DNA from: Basidiobolus meristosporus CBS 931.73
Taxonomy: Eukaryota > Fungi > Basidiobolomycota
Direction: 5' to 3'
Assembly (NCBI GenBank): GCA_002104905.1
Contig: MCFE01000213.1
Location: 63,206-127,205 of the forward strand
DNA length: 64,000 bases
This document shows positions 47,911 to 60,871 of the stretch, piece after piece. The position numbers and the translations under genes were made by a program. Positions within the stretch are counted from its first letter, which is position 1, and the number at the start of each line of letters is the position of its first letter. Below the pieces are notes generated by a model that was not told where the DNA came from, ran no database searches, and was given only the letters and a program-made list of their open reading frames with translations.

Positions 47911-49199
47911 AAGGAAATACCATTTGGTAAATTGGTACAGTAGTATTATACAGAACTAGCATTATGCTGTCATACTGCCAATATAATGCCATCAGAGTTT
48001 TGCTGTGAGGCCATCAAAACACCATCAAGTTTCTTACCATATAAGACAATTGGATGTCCTGGCCAACTGGATCCACTTAAAATAGTTATAGATTGCTGAA
48101 AGACCGCAACATACTATGCAAATATTGTCACAGCACTGATAAAATATTGTTGAGTTTTAACTCTTTACTTGGTTGTGAAATAAGCAAAACACCATTATGA
48201 TTCTGTCACAAGATTGTTAGGAAGATCACTAGTTCCTAGCTGCTGTTATTATGATGGTCTCTAAACAGGATCTTGATGGCTGATCCAGATTGGATCCACC
48301 CATAGGACCAAGTTGTTTGTGATAGGTACTGCCCTCAGAGAAGAAATGGACACCAGCCATGAAGAACCTTTAACAATATTGGAGCCCTGTAGCATAGTAA
48401 CATGGAGGATGAACTTGAATAAGACTCAGAACTCACCTTCCATTTCACAGAAGAATACCTATCCCAGATGACCTCAAACTCAGGAAAGCTATTTTACTTA
48501 AACGGAGTAATCAATGGGTACCTGTCAAGAGCATGATTGACTCAGCAGCATTGCATGAGTACACATCAGAGCAATTTGCTTTGAAAGCTGGAATCAACTC
48601 AAAACTCACCAAATCAACTTCAGTCTTAACAGCAGATGGGAACTCTCACATAATCTACTGTATTACTCAGCCAGTCAGGATGAAGTGACTATAAGGAAGA
48701 TCTACAGGCCTAAATATTTGGGAACTGCAAGTTTGACCTTGTACTTGGGAAAACCTGGCTATTTTGTGATTGAGGAAAACCCTCTCAGCTTCAGTAGGGG
48801 AGAATGCTACAATCTACTGCTTGAATGTTTAAGTTGGATCAGTTTTTAGTCAAATCAATTAGTTATATGTTTAGCCTATCATTATATCAGTGTTATATAT
48901 CAAATCAGTAGTATTAGTCAACAAATGGATCAGCAAATCCTTATCAGACAGGAATAGACATATTTGGAAGAATCTGAATTGGGTAATAATGATGCAATCA
49001 AATTAGTCATCAACCACAGCCTACATCAGGAAATACAATCAATCAGCAATTGATCTGGCAAAATGTATATAAGGAGCTGCTGCAACCTCAATAAAATCAG
49101 TTCAAGTTTTAGTGAATACAATACTAGCTAAACTCATTATTCCTCTACAACTCTTATACCAAGACATGTAACACTGCAACCTCTGGGTGTGCCTATTAA

Positions 49200-52100
49200 T
49201 CCTCATGAAAAATAATTTGGACCCACAGGTGGATCCAGTCTAGATCAGCCATCAGGATTGTGGCTATATACTAGCATAACAACAACAGCTTGGAATTAGT
49301 GACCCTCTTATTGATCTTGTGATGGGATCACAACTGCATTTTGCTAATTTTACTGCCAAGTAAAGTGACAAAACTTAATAAGATTCGACCGGTGCTGTGA
49401 AAATAGTTGCATGGTATTGTTGCGGTCTTATTGCACTCTACAACTGTTTTAAATGGATTCAACTGGCCAGGATATCCAATTGCCTTATATGGCAAAATGT
49501 GACAGTGTTTTTACGTCCTCACAGTGAGACTCTGATGGTATTATCACAACAGTATGGTGGCCTACAGCTAGTTTGGTATAATGCTACCATACCAATTTAC
49601 CAAATGGTATTTCCTTTTTCTACCTCCCCTTTTGCAATTCATATATTCCACGGTAGAATCACCTCTCTTTATTTGCTCACCCACTACTACCTTGAATATT
49701 CCACATACAGTTTGAATCAAAAAAATTCTATGATCTCCTGCTTACTAACCTCTACAAATGCACACACCTGCTGCAATTGGCAGACTTCTATCATCTCAAC
49801 TTTGCGGATTTTTAGTGTGGCACTTGCAAAGTTGCATATACCTTGTACTGCTGGTAAAATATACATCTTGAAAAAATATGCTTGGATGCCACCACTTCTG
49901 CCATGAATACCTCCTAAATATCTGCAAAGAACTTCTTGGTATTTAGCTAATGTATTCCTTCTCCCTACAGGACTCTAGATGCCCTAATAGCTGCGCTCTG
50001 GCTCTTGTTTGTATGAATTTAATATTGAGTGGTGTACAAGCTGGCTTGTGACCAAGTGAAATCTGGCATACTTTGGTAGAGTTTTCCTAATTAAAATTAG
50101 TTGCTTGTGGCACCCAACCCAACTTTGCATTACTTAACTGATTACCCACACATTGGGGCTGCTTAGCTTCTTAATGCCATAGGCATAGGTGTCTCCATGT
50201 GCACATTTGTTGTCAGTATTTTCCAATTCTTGCTGGTTGTCCTTCTTGTGCCAACTCATCACATCCATAACAGACTTGAAGGTAATATTCTTGATGAGAT
50301 TGGGATATGGCAGTGTACCTGCAACTTGACTTGTCCTCCTATCTCCCCACACATCTGCTCCATAGGATACTCCTAAAAGGTGAGTAAAGCATAGTTTTCT
50401 CCACACACTGTGCATGATGGAGCAGAGAATGGATGCAGTAGTGGCAGAGATATACATGTTCAACTTTTTTGTTTGTAGTATAGCTGCTCAAATCCTGTCA
50501 CAAACTCCATGTACAACAGCTGTAGATCCATCAAGTTGGCTTTGGTTATCTGCTTCTGAGTAAATATTCCTACAATGTCAACATATGACTCCCAATGCTT
50601 TCAATCTACTCTTGGTAGGAATGGCTTCTGAACACCACTTGAATAAATACATATCCAGCTCTCCAGTCTTTGCATTTGTATTGTCACATATGTGTATGAT
50701 ATTAGTTGGAGCCAGTGAGAAGTACTAAGGGTAGCAGAAAACTCTGTAATATCTTGCTAATTCTTTCAAATTTCTCTGGTATCTCAAAGGGCTCATTTAG
50801 CTTGAAATGCCCCATGTACAACTTGGTCATCAGTATAGGGATATTGTTGAAAAGCAAATGCATTGCTCCCAGCGGAAAGCTTTTGCTCCAACAGATACCC
50901 TATATCTTAAGTATCTCTAGATTTCAATTGATTCCATATTCTGGCCAATGGCTTATAGCTTGCCAACTTTGCTGCAATTGCATGCTTACCTCTGTACATT
51001 CTCTCAGTGGAAAGATGATGTTCTTAGTGCTGGTGTTCAGGTAATAATAATGTGTGTGAGTTATGGAGTAAGTCCCCTGGATCTCACACATTCAACAGCA
51101 ATACCATCAACTGTGCCCAAAAAAACAGGCTATCCTGCTGATGGCTGGGCTATCTCCAATGCAGATAATAATCTGTGCTTGTACATGACAGCCATTTACC
51201 ATTATCCTGATAAAAAGCTTACAAAATACATCCAGCAAGGGATACGGGTAGCTATCCAGGTTGGAATGTGATTTAGGCCCAGGTACTAGTGAGACTACCA
51301 TCAGATTAATGCTCTGATACTGTTAGATGGGTGGCAGATTCAGATTAATGAGAATCAGGGGCCAGTAGGATTTGCTGGTAGAGTACTTGTTTGATGAGAA
51401 TCCATCAAGTGCTAAAGCAAAGGCATAGTCATGCATACCTTCAAGGTAGCCCTTGCTTCTTGGCTGTTTGTAATGTTTATTATTGAATATATTAGATTTG
51501 TTTGTGCTTGATTGATACTGAGTGCAGTACTGTATAGCTTTTCAATATTTGTTGAACTGCATGAGCTTCCTCAGATGGGGTAGTACCAGAATATATCCAG
51601 AGTGTGAACAATGTCTTCCCTCAATGGTGGTGGATTCCTGACAATTTGGACACATTGCAATGGTAGCATTTTTGGATGTGAATGCCATGCAACTGTTAAC
51701 ACATGCTAGAATCAGGACAGTCTCTGGATCATATGTTGCCAACTGCATGATGGTTGTCCACTTGTAACATGTACATGGTAAGTTGCATCCCAGTATGATT
51801 TTGGCAGGAAGTAGTAATAAATCCTCAAAGCCCCCATTACTGATATTAGTATAAATGTACCACTTCTCAAGCTACAACATTACATCATTCACCAGTAGAT
51901 GTATTACTGGGATCACCTGGCTCCATGAAGTGTCATTGGCATTTGTTTTAACAGGTGTTGTCTCATTGCATATAAGGATATGACCAGGCTCACATGTGGT
52001 ACTGTTGTTAGGGGAGATAGGCTCAAAATTCACTGGTGAACCTTCTTTGCCAGAGCTGTCACTCTGCATGCCATGTTCAGAATGCTGAGGTGAGCTTGAA

Positions 52101-55100
52101 GGCTTCACAAACTCACCTGACTCAGTTTGCGCAAGGTGATAAAGACAGCCAGGTGCCAATATAGAATTATTAACTGGCTGGCAAGATGATGTTGGAACAG
52201 TAGTGACCAATGAGTGGTCAAATATGACTAGGGTGGCAAAACACTGGCCATGATCCTTGTAATACTTCCTATGCTGTCTGCATGCTTCATGGCTGAGAGG
52301 CTTGCCACAATAGCCACATGGTTTTTTTTCTCTTCTCTTACAGCAATGAGTCAAAGAAGTCTTGTCCATGGGGTAAACAGTTTGATCTTCAACAATGTAA
52401 CGCTATTATATACTTTTTGGTCAATACTCATGTGAACTTAAGACAGTCCTGTATATGAGACATTTCACCAACATGATTGTGAGATTCAAAGATGACCCGC
52501 CATATTAAGCATTACAAATAAAGATGTGGCACTACATATGCACATATATGTAACACTATTTCCCCTTTGGTTTGACTCACTTCCATATATATGCAGCCAA
52601 AAAAAACAGCAAACTTGTCTGGTTCTCAACCAAACCCCACTGCTGATGGCAACAGAAGAACAGCTGGACCACAGCTTGCTTTGACACTCAGTGCAACAAG
52701 CAGGGCTACATCCAAAAAAGGGCATGTTGACAGTGTGCCCATTGAAGGTCATAATGCAGACTCCTCAGGCTCTCAGTCAAGTAGGCAATTGAGGACCTCT
52801 GCGGAGCTGCAAGCTGACTGTTATGCTCTGGCATATGAGAATGTAGCAAAAGCAGTACCCTCAGTTGAAGATCAGCAAGTGGCCATGATAGCATCACTAC
52901 CACCCATATTAGGAAGTATGTTGTCAGCTCATACCAAAGCATTTATTACGCATTTAGGTGCAGTGGCTGATAGGATAGATGCAATGGCACAGAGAAATGA
53001 GGAAATAGTCCAGAAATAGGATGAGTAGATAATACATGTAGAGCAATCAATATCCCAGGTAGCAAAATCAATATCTTTGCTGCAAAGAAGGAGCTCAAGT
53101 AGCTTGATGTCACATCCAAGAATTGAGCCATTTCCCAACGTAACAGCAGAGGAACACCATACAGTCTTTGAAGCACAACAACAGTGCCCAAAGATAAAGC
53201 CACAAAGAAACCTATCACAGCATGGGAGGAAAACAATATGGTGTTTATACCAAAGCCTAAGTATCAAAAGACATTGAAGATCCAAGAAGCCATTGAGTGC
53301 AATGAAGAAGAGTGGGCTAATATTAAAGAGACCTTTCAAAGCCTTACACACTAAGACCTTAACATTTATCAAGGAAAAAGCAAAGTGCCACTCAAGAAGC
53401 ACCCAGTCAAAGTAGCAGTGAAGGACCTGGCAATGATAAAAACCAGTCACTTTTACAGGAGTCCATCACAACTATGGTTGAAAGCGCAAAACAAGCTGAA
53501 AAGAAATGTCAGGTTGCCAGAAGTGTGCCAGCAAGGGACAAGCAGGCCAAAACAGATGCGTCAGAGCAGAATTTATCCAGGAGAAAACGTGGTTCTTTAC
53601 AAGAAGTACTCAGACAAAGTAGCAGTGAAAGACCTGGCAGTAATAAAGGAAAAGGTAAAGGGAAAAATGTCAACCAAAGCTTGAGACAGGGAGGCACACA
53701 AAAAAAACTGCTGTTCTTGCCAATTAATGCTGCAAGACAGGAATAAACTGAATCTCATAATAGCCAAGAAGAATTACCAACTAGAAAACAGCTGTTTTTG
53801 CAAGAGTTGGAAGCACAGCCAGTTGAGCTATACTCCAGCAAGGTAGATGAGTTTGCTGAAAAAGGCAATTGGTCTACCACAGCATCCATAGCATCCACAG
53901 CATCCACAGCCTCCATTGTTGACAGAGTGGAGATCCCATTGACAGACAAGGCTACAACATCAAGAGCTTGAAAGACTATTGCAATGTCTTCAGTGGAGTT
54001 TTGGAACATCAATATGGACACCAAGAGGTAGCAGCACTTATTCAAGAGCAGTGCTCAAGAAAATGCACTGGAATATTGCAAGGATATATTGCAACAACTG
54101 GCAGATGAGGAGCTAGACCTTGCAGTGCTGGCTGAAGACCAGGATATGTGGAAACCAGTGAATGAACAGTAGCATAAAGCTGTTGGGCTCCCACTGTGGT
54201 GGTGTATAAGTCCAAGGGAGAGATATGTCCAACACTTCTCAAGTGTTTTGTGTGTGGGGTGTTCACTGTGTGCAATAACCTCTGGCAAAAGCTTGCTAGG
54301 AATACTTGGGTTCTGTCTCTAATCTAATGTGAAGGGGAATAAAGCCACAAGCCTGTCAAGGGAAAACTATTGAGCTACAATCCCCAACTTAGTTGGCGTC
54401 TTAACAAAAGTATGGGCTAGGTTCAGCGTCCTTTGAGATGACAATGTACTAAAGCTTCCAAAGTCAAAACAACTGTAAACTTCACCAGCAGGGACTTGAT
54501 AAGAATGTAGCTGTGGTCAACAGTTACAAAGACAGAAAAGTATCTTTGCCTGTACAAGAACAAACTTGGGAAAGAATCAAATATAATAAAAGATACCTAC
54601 TCTGAGTATTCCTCACAAGTAGTGCCTCCAAGGTCAGTTGGCTATCAGCACAGTTTCCTGGGAGTGTCCTGTGGTCTGGGGTTGGAAGTTCAGGTAGCAG
54701 CAGGTAGCAGTGATCACACTAATCAACAAGTCAGTATATTGATAAAAGGGATGATGGTTTATTGTTGAGCGATAGCCTCCCTTATATACTTTTCTTACTG
54801 GCTAAGTGATTACTAATCATGGTGTTCCAGAAGGTTCTGGATATCAATAGAAATCTTAATGACATCAGAATGACCAAAGAATGTTCTAAGTAGGTGCCAG
54901 AAGGTTCTAAGAGGCACCGCACATCCAACCAATCAGGAATCAGTATTCTGAAACCTGTATAACATAGGGATACCATATATGGTATGGAAGTGGTAAGAAT
55001 GGTGGCACGGATTGATCATGTGTCACAGGTACTGGCACGGGTACTTGCCTAATATAGAAGCACTTATAGCTAGTATTCTACATAAAGTGAGGGGTAACTT

Positions 55101-55766
55101 ATGCAATAAGGTAAGCAGGTGCAATAGTCAACTGGCTTATGGGATGGTACTGATTGGGTAAGACAAATGGGATAAAACTAAAATAAATGTAGTAGAGATA
55201 TAAGGAAGTAGAAAATGAGGGAATGAGCACATCTGTCAGTGGGTGTCACTATCACCCCACTACACCGCCAAAGTTGTGGAGCCAGAGTGTTACAGCAGAA
55301 ATACTAATTGAGTGGTGGATTTTAATGGAATTACTTGTTGAGTGTGGGGTTAGGCTTAATGTTAGTGTACGGTATGGAGAATTGTATAGGTCAATACAAT
55401 TGGCAATTGAGGTACAACAGAAGTTTCATGGAAATAAATAAATTTGTACACATCAAAAGGACGTGAAACAGTTGAGTTAGGAAGTAAGAAGTGTGAAAAA
55501 GAGGCAATAGCCAATTAATTCACACAAATGAAGGAAGCAATAGAGTGTCCAGGATCAGAAAGTGAGTAAATTGGCAGGGAAGCAATCAAAAGCCACTTAT
55601 ATTGTTGTGATGAAAAATTTTGACTAGGTTTTTTGTCAAATATAGGATGCAATAATTTTTCAACAGTCTCTGTATTGTGTCCTGACAGAATCAGTACCTT
55701 GTAGTCATGGGACTCTACCTTTGCGACTGCCTTTTGACTGGATTATCCCAATAATTTCTCATAGGG
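49200..55766 (-). mobile_element. Decayed CACTA-like transposon X3 (transposase - ~49600-52369; ORF-A + from 52591), interrupted by a solo LTR C
   Basis: ~20-bp imperfect TIRs at 49200-49220 and 55747-55766; homology to X2 along its length. Confidence 0.85.
54195..55264 (-). mobile_element. Solo LTR family C (1070 bp)
   Basis: Homologous to 60872-61942. TSD CCAC/CCGC (one mismatch). Confidence 0.92.
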
Positions 55767-58700
55767 TATGGCAGCCTATAGCTAGTTTGGTACAATACTA
55801 CCATACCAATTTACCAAATGGTATTTCCTTTTTCCACCCCTCCTTGTGCAATATATATATTCCACTGTAAAATCACCCCTCTTTATTTGCTTACTCACTA
55901 CTACCTTGGGTATCTCACATATAGTTTGAGTCAAAGAAACTATGGCCTCCTGCTTACTAACTGCTACTAACATATGCACCTGCCTCAATTGACATACTTA
56001 TATCACCTCAACTTTATGGCTATTTAGTGTTATACAAGCCAAGTTGCCATATACCTTGTACTACTGGTAGCATATACATGTTGTAAACATATGCTTGGTT
56101 GCCACCACTTCTGCCATAAATACCTCCTGAATATCTGCAAAGAACTTTTTGGTATTTAGCCAATATAATCCTTCTTCCTGCTGAACTGTAGTCTCACTTA
56201 TAGGTGCACTCTGGCTCATGTTTGTGTGAACTCTGTATCAAATGGTGTAGAAGCTGGCTTGTAAACAGGAGAAATCTGGCATACCTTGGTAGAGTTTTCC
56301 TAATAAGTGCTTCTTGCTTGTTGCATCCAACCCAGCATTGCATTGTTTAATTGATAACCTATGCTTTGGAGCTGCTTAGCTTCTTAATGCCATAGGCATA
56401 GGTGTCTCCAAGTGCACATTGGTCCTCAGTATTTTCTAAATATCTCTGGCTGTCCTCCATATGCCAACTTATCACATCCATGATGGACTTAAAGGTAATA
56501 TTCTTGAAGAGACTGGGATATGGCAGTACCTGCAACCTGACTGATCTTCCTATCTCCCCACACACCTGCTCCATAGGAAACTCCCAAAAGGTGAATCAAG
56601 GCCCAATATTCTCCACACCTAGCAAGATGGAGTAGAGAATGGTTACAGTAGAAGTAGAGATCTACATGTTCAGCTTTATGTTGATACTATTACCACTCAA
56701 ATCCTATAACAAACTCCTTGCACAACAGGTGTTGATGTGTCAAGTTGGCATTGGTAATCTGCTTCTAGATATATATTCCTACAATGTTCACCTGTGACTC
56801 CCAATACTTCCAATGTACTCTTGGTAGAAATGGCTTCAGATTGCTTCTTGAACAAATACATATCCAACTCATCCAGTCTATGCATTTTTATTGTTCAAAT
56901 ATGTATGAACTTTGATTGGAGCCTGTGAGAAGTACTTAGGGTAGCAGATACTTGGTAATATCTTGCCAAATCTTTCAAATATCTCTACTATCTCAAAGGG
57001 TACATTTGGCTCCATGTACAACTTGGACATCAGTATATGGATATTTTTGAAAAGCAAACCCATTGCTCCCAGTGGAAAGCTATTGCTCCAAAATATACTC
57101 TCTATCATAAGTATCTCTGATTCCCAACTAAATCCATAATCTGTCCAATGGCTTATATCTTGCCAGCTTTGCTGCAATTGGATGCTGACTTCTGTACATA
57201 CTCTCTATGTGAAGATGATGCTCTTGGCATTAGTGTTTAGGTAATAATAATGTGTGTGAGTTTTGGAGTACATCCCCTGTATCTCCCACATTTGACAGCA
57301 ATACCATCCACTGCGCCAAGAAATGCAGGCTATCTTGCTGATTGCTGGGGTATCTCCAAAACAGATAATAATATGAACTTTTACAAGACAGCCATCCACT
57401 TTTATCTCATTGGAATGCAGACAAATTCATCCACTAATGGATACATGTAGCTATCCAGGTTGGATGGTAATTTAGGCACAGATACAAGTGAGACTACCAT
57501 CAGATTTTTGCTCTGATACAGGGGCCAGCAGGATTTGCTGGTAAAGTACTTGTTTAATGAGAATCCATCAAGTGCTAAAGTAAAGGCATGGTCATGCATA
57601 CCTACAAAGTAGCCCTTGCTTTTTAGCTTTTGTAATGTTTGCCATCAAATATATTGGGTATGTTTGCGCTTGATTGATACTGAGTGTGGTACTTTCTAGC
57701 TTTGCAATATTTGTTGGACTGCATGAGCTTCTTTAAATAGGGTGTTACCGGATTATATCCAGAGTGGGAACACTGCTTTCCCTCAATGATGGTGGTATCC
57801 TGATAATTTGGACATGTTGCAATGGTAGCATTTGTGGATGTGAATGCCATGCAACTGTTGACACACACTGGAATCAGGACAGTCTCTAGGTCATATGTTG
57901 CCAGCTGCATGACAGTTGTTCACTTGTACCATGTACATGGTAAGCTACATCCTGGAATGCTTTTGGTAAGAAATAGTAGTAAAACCTCAAAGCCCTGATT
58001 TCTGATTTTAGTGGAAATATGCCACTTCTCCAGCCACAAAATTACATCATTCACCAGTAGATGTATTACTGGGCTCACTTGGCTTGATGAAGTATCCTTG
58101 CATTTCTTTCAACTGGGGTTGTCTCATTGCATATTGGGATTTGACCAGGGTCATGTGTGGTACTGCTTTTAGGGGAGAGATGCTTGCAAGCCATCAGTGA
58201 GCCTTCTTTGTCAGAGCTATCACTCTGCATGCCATATTCAGAAGGCTGAGGTGAGCCTCAAGGTGTCACAAACTTGCCTGATTCAGTTTGCATAAGGTTA
58301 CAAAGACAGCCAGGTGCCAATATAGAAGTATCAACTGGCTGGCATGTAATGTTGGTACAGTGTGACTGATGAATGGTCAAATATGACTTGTGTGGCAAAA
58401 CACTGGCCATGATCCTTGTAATACTTCCTATTCTGTCTGCATGCTTAATGGCTGGGGGGGCTTGCTATAATAGCCACATGGTCTTTTTTCTCTTCTCTTA
58501 TGGTGTTGAATCAAAGTAGTCTTGTCCATGGGGTAAACAGTTTGACACTCAACAACATAATGCTATTATGTTACTTTTTTGTCAATACTCATGTGAATTT
58601 AAGACAGTCTTATATTTGAGACATTGCACCTACATGAATGTAAGATTCAATGATGACATGCCATAGTAAGCATTATAAATAAAGATGTGGCACAAAATTT

Positions 58701-60502
58701 GCACATATATGTGACATTATTTCCCCTTGGCTTGACTCACTTCCATTTATATGCCGCCAAAAAATAAAGCAAAGTTTCTCAGCCAAACTCCACCACTGAT
58801 GGCAGCATTGCTGGGTAACAGCTTGCTTTGACATGCAGTGCAACAAGCAGGGCTACATCCAAAATAGGGCATGTTGACAGTGTGCCCATTGAAGGTAATA
58901 ATGCGGACTCCTCAGGCTCTCAGTCAAGTAGGCAATTGAGAACCTCAGCAGAGCTGTAAGCTGACCATTATGCTCAGGCAGATGAGAATGTAGCAAAAGC
59001 AGTACCCTTAGTTGAAGACCAGCTAGTGGATGTCATAACATCATCATCATCCATATTAGCAGGTATATTGTCATCTCATATTAAAGCATCAATGAAGCAA
59101 CTAGGTTCAGTGGTCAGTAAAATAGATTCAATGGCCCAGAGAAATCAGGGAATAGTCCAGAGATAGGATGAGTGGATATAAGGTGCAGAGCAATCAATAT
59201 CCCAGGTAGAGAAAGCAGTATCTTTGCTGCACAGAAGGAAATCAGTAGCTCAATGACATATCCAAGAATTGAGCCATTTCCTGATGTAACAGCAGAGTAA
59301 CACTTTGCACTCTTTGAAGCATAAAAACAGCACCCAAAGATAAAGCCAATAATTAATCAAGCACAGCACAGGAGGGAGAAGATTTAGTGTTTATACCAAA
59401 GCCTAAAAATCACAAGACATTCATGATCTGTGAAGCTGTTGAGTGCAATGAAGAAGAGTGGGCTAATATTCAAGAGACCTTTAGAAGCCTAACACACTAG
59501 CACCTTAAGGCTGGCACACCATGGGACCATCAGGAACTCAAGGCCAAGCAGACTGCACCTGACTTGCTCCATGAGCATTATTGTAAATTCAATCTGGCAA
59601 ATAGATTTTGGGCCAGCATTGGTATGCTAAGAGAGTATCTCAAGAATAGCAGAAGCTACCAAAGGCAGAAGAACAAGGGTGCAGTGGCTAACACCAGTGG
59701 CTTCTTCTGGAGTCCTCTACAAGCGGGGCCAAAAATCTATACAAGTATCACGGAGAAATCAAGTAGCCGGAATAGTTCCAATAAGGGAAAAGCATGTAGA
59801 CAGAGATACACCAGCACAGCAGTTACCATGGAAAAAGCTTAATCCTACACAAGAAGTACTCCGTCTACGTATTAGTGAAGGACCTGGTGGTGATAAAAAC
59901 AAGCAGCTACCTCAGGAGCCTGTCACAGCATTGGCTGAGGGCTTGGAGCAAGCTGAAAAGAAGAGTCAGGTTGCCTGCAGAGCGCCAGCAAGAGACAAGC
60001 TGGCCAAAATTTATACATCAGAGCAGTATTTGTCAGGGAGAATACATAGTTCATTACAAGAAGCACTCAGACAAAGTAGCAGTCAAAGACCTGGCAGCAA
60101 AAAAGGAAAAGGAAAAGGGAAAGGGAAAGGGAAAAATGTCAACCCAAGCCAGAGAGTGGGAAGTGTGAGAAAAAAGCTGCAGTTCTTGCCAATTGATGCT
60201 GTAAGCCCATAACAGACTGAATCCCATCACAGCTAAGAAGAATAACAATAAGTAAACAGCTGTTCTCACAAGAGTTGGAAGTGCAGCCAGTTAACCTACA
60301 CTCCAGTGGGGTAGATGAGTTTGCAGAAAAAGGCATTTTTTCTACCACAGCCTCCACATCCCTCATTGTTGGCAGAGTGAGGATCCCACTGATAGACAAA
60401 GTAACAACATCAAGAACTGAGAAGGTTATCACAATGCCTTAAGTGGAATTTTGGAGCACTAATAGGTAAATCAAGAGGTTGCCGCACTTCTTCAAGAGCA
60501 GT
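55767..60502 (-). mobile_element. Decayed CACTA-like transposon X4, both ends lost (transposase - ~55780-58540; ORF-A + from 58751)
   Basis: Same motifs and arrangement as X2 and X3. Confidence 0.85.
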
Positions 60503-60871
60503 CCCTATGAAAAATAATTTGGTCCTACAGGTAGATTCAATCCAGATCAGCCATCAGGATCTTGTTTAGAGACTGTGATAATACCAGCAGCTTGGAATTA
60601 GCAACCCTCCTAACAATCTTATGATGGATCATGACAGTGTTTTGCAAATTTGACAAGCAAATAAAGGGACAAAACATGACAATATTTTATGGGTGCTGTG
60701 ACAATATTTGCATGGTATTGTTGCGGTCTTTTGGTGCTCTATAACTATTTTAAGTGGAGCCAATTGGCCAGGATATCCAATTGCCTTATATGGCTAGAAA
60801 CTTGATGGTATTTTGATGACCTCACTGCAACACTCTGATAGCATTATACTGGCAGTATGATGGTCCACCAC
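60503..60871 (-). mobile_element. Right end of CACTA-like X5, cut by Gypsy C
   Basis: Starts with CCCTATGAAAAATAATTTGG; subterminal sequence matches 49200-49560. Confidence 0.8.

Larger units (their letters stand above)
42462..48327 (+). mobile_element. Near-complete decayed CACTA/EnSpm-like transposon X2 (~5.9 kb)
   Basis: Degenerate TIRs (cccatgaaaaa.. and ..ccaagttgtttgtgatagg). ORF-A on -, transposase on +. Confidence 0.85.
41241..49173 (+). mobile_element. Gypsy family F3: 369-bp LTRs 41241-41609 and 48805-49173, decayed gag and protease only; interrupted by X2
   Basis: GLCFSCHQQGH knuckle is split by X2. The protease remnant runs directly into the PPT AGTAGGGGAGAA and the 3' LTR. No TSD match. 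Confidence 0.82.

Noticed and set aside
42460-48328. A 2-bp TA TSD for X2
   Set aside because: It depends on where the degenerate TIR ends are placed and requires a 7-bp deletion in the host element, so it is not supportable.
41236-49178. TSD for Gypsy F3, and for LTR H at 40782-41031
   Set aside because: Flanks do not match (CCAAG vs CTGCA; ACAGC vs CCTAA) and flanking sequence is deleted or rearranged.
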